A stretch of 14,847 nucleotides of DNA, taken from assembly GCA_030141605.1 (NCBI GenBank), contig JAQGDQ010002105.1, positions 1 to 14,847 of the forward strand. Direction: 5' to 3'. Below the pieces are notes generated by a model. The model worked only from the letters and a program-made list of their open reading frames with translations. It ran no database searches and was not told the origin of the DNA. Origin of the DNA: Tubiluchus corallicola. Lineage: Eukaryota > Animalia > Priapulida. Of the stretch, positions 9,480 through 14,847 are shown one piece after another. Position numbers and translations under genes: made by a program. Each line of letters starts with the position of its first letter. Position 1 is the stretch's first letter.

Positions 9480-10650
9480 TTAAGAATGGTGCTGAGATTG
9501 GTCAATGAATTGAAAGAACAATTCAGCTTACTCCGGTTAGACCACTTACAGCATGGGGGCGACAAATTCTGGAGCATGTCTTTCATACCCAGACCTGAGC
9601 ATTAGCATCACCACCAATTTTCGTTGGAGTGGACATTACCAGAACTTTGCTACTTGTGCAAAAAGGGCACTCAACGTTGTTCGCGAGACGTTCCACCCGT
9701 GTCATCAACAGGTTAAGGATATGAAGCCCTGGTCAGATCCAGACTAGAACATGGTATCGAAGCCAGGAATCCGTCATCAACAGGTGAAGGAAAGAGCATA
9801 TGAAGCCCTGGTCAGATCCAAACTAGAACACGGTATCGAAGGCAGGAATCCGTCATCAACAGGTGAAGAAAAGAGCATACGAAGCCCTGGTCAGATCCAG
9901 CCTAGAACATCGTGTCGAAGCCAGGAATCCGTCATCAACAGGTGAAGGAAAGAGCATACGAAGCCCTGGTCAGATCCAGACTAGAACATGGTATCGAAGG
10001 CAGGAATCCGTCATCAACAGGTTAAGGAAAGAGCATATGAAGCCCTGGTCAGATCCAGACTAGAACATGGTATCGAAGCCAGGAATCCGTCATCAACAGG
10101 TGAAGGAAAGAGCATACGAAGCCCTGGTCAGATCCAGACTAGAACATCGTATCGAAGGCAGGAATCCGTCATCAACAGGTGAAGGAAAGAGCATACGAAG
10201 CCCTGGTCAAATCCAGCCTAGAACATCGTGTCGAAGCCAGGAATCCGTCATCAACAGGTGAAGGAAAGAGCATATGAAGCCCTGGTCAGATCCAGACTAG
10301 AACATGGTATCGAAGCCAGGAATCCGTCATCAACAGGTGAAGGAAAGAGCATATGAAGCCCTGGTCAGAGCCAAACTAGAACATGGTATCGAAGCCAGGA
10401 ATCCGTACACAGATACTGACACCAAGGGCGTAGAGCGAGTTCAGTGGAATGCAAAACGACTTGCAGGCAGTGAATTATTCCTAAAATGCTGAAGTGTTTA
10501 AGATGGTCTCTGAATTTTGGGTGGGAAATGTTAGAAATTCGACAAAAACCATGCTAAACACCTTTCATGACATATATATTGCATCACAGCATAGGCATCA
10601 GTTTATCAACTCATATTAATCTGCTAAAACAATTTTTGCCTAGGGTATCC
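9480..10650 (+). mobile_element. Decayed non-LTR retrotransposon ORF2 fragment (region C-terminal to RT, CR1/L2-group-like)
   Basis: Frameshifted translation ...YPDLSISITTNFRWSGH...AKRALNVVR...VKERAYEALVRSKLEH...NPYT...VERVQWNAKR...GWEMLEIRQK parallels the typical YLGV.I...L.W..H...KA...L....VKE.AY..LVRP.LEY...WDPY...LEKVQRRAAR...LGW..LE.RR pattern. Boundaries are approximate. Confidence 0.8.
9701..10406 (+). repeat. 79-bp tandem array (9 copies) derived from LINE ORF2
   Basis: ccgtcatcaac at 9771, 9850, 9929, 10008, 10087, 10166, 10245 and 10324. The first copy (from 9701) carries a 7-nt deletion. Confidence 0.97.
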
Positions 10651-10722
10651 AACTTCCTAGAGCCTGCCCTCATTGTAAAAATATTTTGCACAACAGACAT
10701 TTTTTAAATTGCTTTCGTTGCT

Positions 10723-10946
10723 ATCATCACCATCACCGTCATCATCATTATCGTCACCATCATCGTCATCATTATCGTCATGATCATCATCACCATCGTC
10801 ATCATTATCATCATCACTATCATCACCATCATCATCACCGTCATCGTCACCATCATCACCATCACCGTCATCATCATCACCGTCACCATCATCATCATCA
10901 TCATCGTTGTCATCATCATCATCATCATCATCATCACCGTCATCAC
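10723..10946 (+). repeat. Degenerate (CAT)n trinucleotide microsatellite
   Basis: cat/cac/cgt triplets; produces the poly-His, poly-Asp, poly-Met and poly-Ile ORFs. Confidence 0.97.
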
Positions 10947-12189
10947 AATAAGTGATGAGTATGCTGTTCATGTAACAATGCTACTGTGTTAGAATACAGC
11001 CCCATCAACGATGTACAGTGCAGATGCCTACTGCATCAGCTCCCATCAGACAAAACTTGCTTTTCTCTTCGTCAAGTCTGTTGTATGATAGGTTGTCATA
11101 AGCCACCAAGAACACCAATCAACTTCAAGCATGATGGACGTTTGTTATATCAGTAATGAACAGACCTCGTCACAGCTTACTTAACGCTTCATAATTGGCC
11201 AAATTTAATGAGAAATTTATTAATGATAAATCCCCCCGTCCTTCAACAAAATAGAAAAGCAAAAGCACGAAAGGAGATTATTGTTTAGCAGTTTGTTTGA
11301 GGAAAATACAAGGCATAGTTAAAGTTTATTATGACTTCTTTATTCTATGGTCCAAACATTTATACACATAGTTGTATGTACACTTATACAAGGAGTAATA
11401 AAACACAGAAAAGACTTAAGCAAATTACGCACTTTTGTTAAAGACATCAAGACATCATTACAGGCTCAGATTATGTGGCACTGTCATTAATGAGATCAAA
11501 CTAGCTTTTTCTAGAGCAAAAAAGAGAGAATGCTTTCTCACAAACTCTACTTACTTAGACATCGGCAGTACCTGTGCAGTGACCAAGAAATACCATTATG
11601 ACAGAAACTCATTAGTCACAATTATCAAAAATACTTCATACATTATGAAAAAGTACAGAACTGTCAGCAAACAGAATCATTATGCGAAAGCTGCACTATA
11701 CACACAAAAACTAGAAAAACATTAATCTTAGAAATAATAACATTAAAATCATTTCCAAAATCTTTTCCAGCAAACAATAAAAACTAAAGTTAAGAAATCA
11801 ACAAATAAAGTAGTTGTCTATAAAAGCAGAAATTTGGTTATTACATTAAAAAACACTAGTTATACGTGCAATTTTAAAGTGCTCAGTTATTTTTAACAGT
11901 GTGAATGCAAAACAAAAATTAAAGCCACTGCAACTTTTGTAAAAGAACAGTTATTATTTATGACAAAATTCTTTGGTTATTAATATATCTTAGCCTCGAT
12001 GAACCAAAATTAAACAATCATATGGTTTACTAATTCTATCTTACAACAGTTAAGATTTGCTGTTGACTTGTTGCCAGGTAACTAGCTCATTAATCAATTA
12101 ACTGGACAAGCATTGGGTAGAGATAGTCGTCAATTACAAGGCCTCTTTCCAGGATATGGATACGAACAAATATACATGATTTGGCTAGA

Positions 12190-13098
12190 AGATTATTTTA
12201 CCAAGACAACATAAGGTAACATAAGGTAAGGCAGATTACTTTGTCAAGACAACATAAGGTAACACAAGGTAAGGTAGATTACTTTGCCAAAACAACATAA
12301 GGTAACATAAGGTAAGGTAGATTACTTTGCCAAAAAAACATAAGGTAACATAAGGTAAGGTAGATTACTTTGCCAAGACAACATAAGGTAACATAAGGTA
12401 AGGTAGATTACTTTGCCAAGACAACATAAGGTAACATAAGGTAAGGTAGATTACTTTGCCAAGACAACATAAGGTAACATAAGGTAAGGTAGATTACTTT
12501 GCCAAAACAACATAAGGTAACATAAGGTAAGGTAGATTACTTTGCCAAAACAACATAAGGTAAGGTAGATTACTTTGCCAAAACAACATAAGGTAACATA
12601 AGGTAAGGTAGATTACTTTGCCAAAACAACATAAGGTAACATAAGGTAAGGTAGATTACTTTGCCAAAACAACATAAGGTAAGGTACCAAGACAACATAA
12701 GGTAACGGTGGTAGATTACTTTCCAAGACAACATAAGGTAACAAAGGTAAGGTAGATTACTTTGCTAAAACAACATAAGGTAAGGTAGATTACTTTCCAA
12801 GACAACATAAGGTAACAAAGGTAAGGTAGATTACTTTGCCAAAACAACATAAGGTAACGTAGATTACTTTGCCAAAACAACATAAGGTAACATAAGGTAA
12901 GGTAGATTACTTTGCCAAAACAACATAAGGTAACATAAGGTAAGGTAGATTACTTTGCCAAAACAACATAAGGTAACATAAGGTAAGGTAGATTACTTTG
13001 CCAAAACAACATAAGGTAAGGTAGATTACTTTGCCAAAACAACATAAGGTAAGGTAGATTACTTTGCCAAAACAACATAAGGTAACATAAGGTAAGGT
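12190..13098 (+). repeat. 43-bp minisatellite with 33-bp deletion variants
   Basis: Unit caaaacaacataaggtaacataaggtaaggtagattactttgc (attacttt at 12321 and 12364), about 22 copies, some lacking one aacataaggt. Confidence 0.97.
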
Positions 13099-13710
13099 AT
13101 GAGTTAATGTCGTTAATTAATACATCACTAAATTTTATAGTTAGGCTCAAAGTTGGATAAGTTTTATCACAGTATATAATAGTTATTCACCTAAAAGAAT
13201 GGCCTTCAGTCTGTACAGTAGCATCTCGTTATCTCTGCAGCTTCCAGGGTCTAAATCACAAATTCTTGAGTCTAACAGGCATCAATTTAAAATGCAATTT
13301 GCTGGCTTTGTTGACGGTATCCAAAGTTACGCAGACAGACTTCAAGAGCTTTTATAACGAAGGATTATCTGAACGTTTCTGCCACATCTAATGGCTGAAT
13401 TTACTTTGATACACGATGTACAGCGAAAACAGGAAACCTGATTAGTCACAGACTTTAAAAAAAATTTAAACTGTTAAAAAACAGGTGCTTCTTGCCAGTT
13501 TAAAGCAGTTATTAAATCTACCTGAGTATATAAACGTTTTGGTCATAAATGAAATTCAGTTAACGCAGAAATTTACGCTTAATGATAAACAGCAAATAAA
13601 ATCAGAAAAATGCAAAACGTAGTAGAGAAAGTAAGAACAAGCAAAAACAGAATAAGAACAAAAAAGCCAAAGCAAAGCAAAGAAAAGAACTCGATGTACA
13701 ATTTGAATTT

Positions 13711-13796
13711 TTATCACAGATCACTTAAGGATGAGGAAGCAGCAGAATCCATTCCAATGTCTTTATCTGTACCAAAGAAGCGATCTCCGAAGTTTC
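13711..13796 (-). CDS. Candidate terminal coding exon of an unidentified upstream gene
   Basis: Acceptor ttccatttttgcag|G, phase-1 reading NFGDRFFGTDKDIGMDSAASSSLSDL, then tandem stops TGA TAA and a T-rich UTR-like tract. I recognise no homology. Confidence 0.25.
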
Positions 13797-14250
13797 CTGC
13801 AAAAATGGAATTTTGGCTCATCATTCTTTATGGATTCATTTGCTAAGTTTCAATCTAACCTTTTCAGCTAACCGACTCAAATATTTTAAACAAATGCGCC
13901 CCCCGTGGTAACAACTGTAACCAAAAATGAGTCTTAACTGTCATTAAAAATAAGATTATGCTCATCTCATCTCTACGTAGGCACGTTAAATCACTTTTGT
14001 AATACTTCTTTTATAAGATTTAACTATACACATAAACTAGCAGCACATGCCCAATCTAGTAAAAAAAATTGTATAGTAGAATGCGATAATGACAAAGTGT
14101 CTTGAAAATGTGTTCAGATCATTAACAAACTTTATTTTATCTGCAATTGGCATGGTTGACACTACCATCATTTGTTACAATGAACATTGCAGTAGCACTC
14201 AGAATACTTTTTTCACCTGCCCAATCTTTTTGTTCTTTCTACATATTTAC

Positions 14251-14744
14251 GACTATGGCCAAATCACGTTGAAAACACCAGTTCTCGTCCGATTACAGAA
14301 GCTAAACAACGTAGAGTCTGGTCAGTACTTGGATGGGTGACCATAGGAGGAGGACATCGGAAGAGCTGCACAAGCATCCAATGGGCGGAGGAGGTCAAGT
14401 GACCCAACGGCCATGTGTGGAGGAGTAAACCTCCCAAATCAGGAGTGGAGCCCCGAAGGCGGACCAGTGCATCATGCTCACTGACTCCTGCAGCCAACCT
14501 GGTGCCAAACGTATCGCTCCGCTTTCGTTTGGACTACACCAGGGAGAAAGAGAGGGGGTTCCTGTTGTCTGGGCAATTCAAGATCTCCATACACTTTGCC
14601 CAGGCGTGCGCCCTGGAGACGTTCAAGGATCGGACTGCTCAGCCACAGTCGACGTTGCAGCTCCATCAATGTGATCAATAACTGACTCTCTTGGCGCACA
14701 CTCCATTGTCTTCCGAAACAGAAGGATGCCAACCAACCAACAAT
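14251..14744 (+). mobile_element. 5S rRNA-derived SINE, copy 2 (shorter head)
   Basis: 5S positions 1-92 at 14251-14342, a different linker, then a body matching copy 1 (9 substitutions in the last 246 nt). Tail ccaaccaaccaacaa; direct repeat atatttacg at 14243-14251 and 14745-14753. Confidence 0.92.
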
Positions 14745-14847
14745 ATATTTACGTATTTTTGTTATCGAAATCCCCCAGACATTTATCAGAGCTTCCTTTT
14801 AAAGAAATTTCTCGTTCTTTTGGAAAATGTGACCTTTGTACATCGCA

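Noticed and set aside
9751-10492. Five paralogous ~64-aa ORFs
   Set aside because: Artefacts of a 79-bp unit that shifts frame in each copy of a dead LINE fragment.
10657-10992. Poly-Asp (biomineralisation-like) or poly-His protein
   Set aside because: A (CAT)n microsatellite open in several frames, with no signal peptide or convincing exon context.
11435-11725. 96-aa ORF, and similar short ORFs at 2363, 4782, 4816, 8729, 8911, 13610 and 14089
   Set aside because: No recognisable motifs, several non-ATG starts, and some cross mobile-element boundaries.
7704-13098. CRISPR-like arrays (30-, 79- and 43-bp periodicities)
   Set aside because: Units are head-to-tail with no unique spacers, there are no cas genes and the context is eukaryotic.

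Overview
AT-rich eukaryotic genomic DNA, probably invertebrate; the 5S sequence resembles the molluscan type, which is my inference. The only confident protein-coding feature is the first coding exon of a class A neuropeptide-type GPCR on the minus strand (5671->5248). The most notable non-coding feature is a 5S rRNA-headed retroposon (SINE3-type) in two dispersed copies (1130-1680 and 14251-14744). Each copy has its own target-site duplication, a shared GC-rich body, a 3' stem-loop and a (C)CAA tail, but the two 5S heads and junctions differ. The window also holds a clean hAT-like MITE with an 8-bp TSD in the GPCR intron, two LINE remnants (one with an internal 79-bp segment amplified about 9 times with higher-order structure), a degenerate TIR element, a 127-bp tandem duplication and several micro/minisatellites. 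These repeats explain most of the supplied ORF track.
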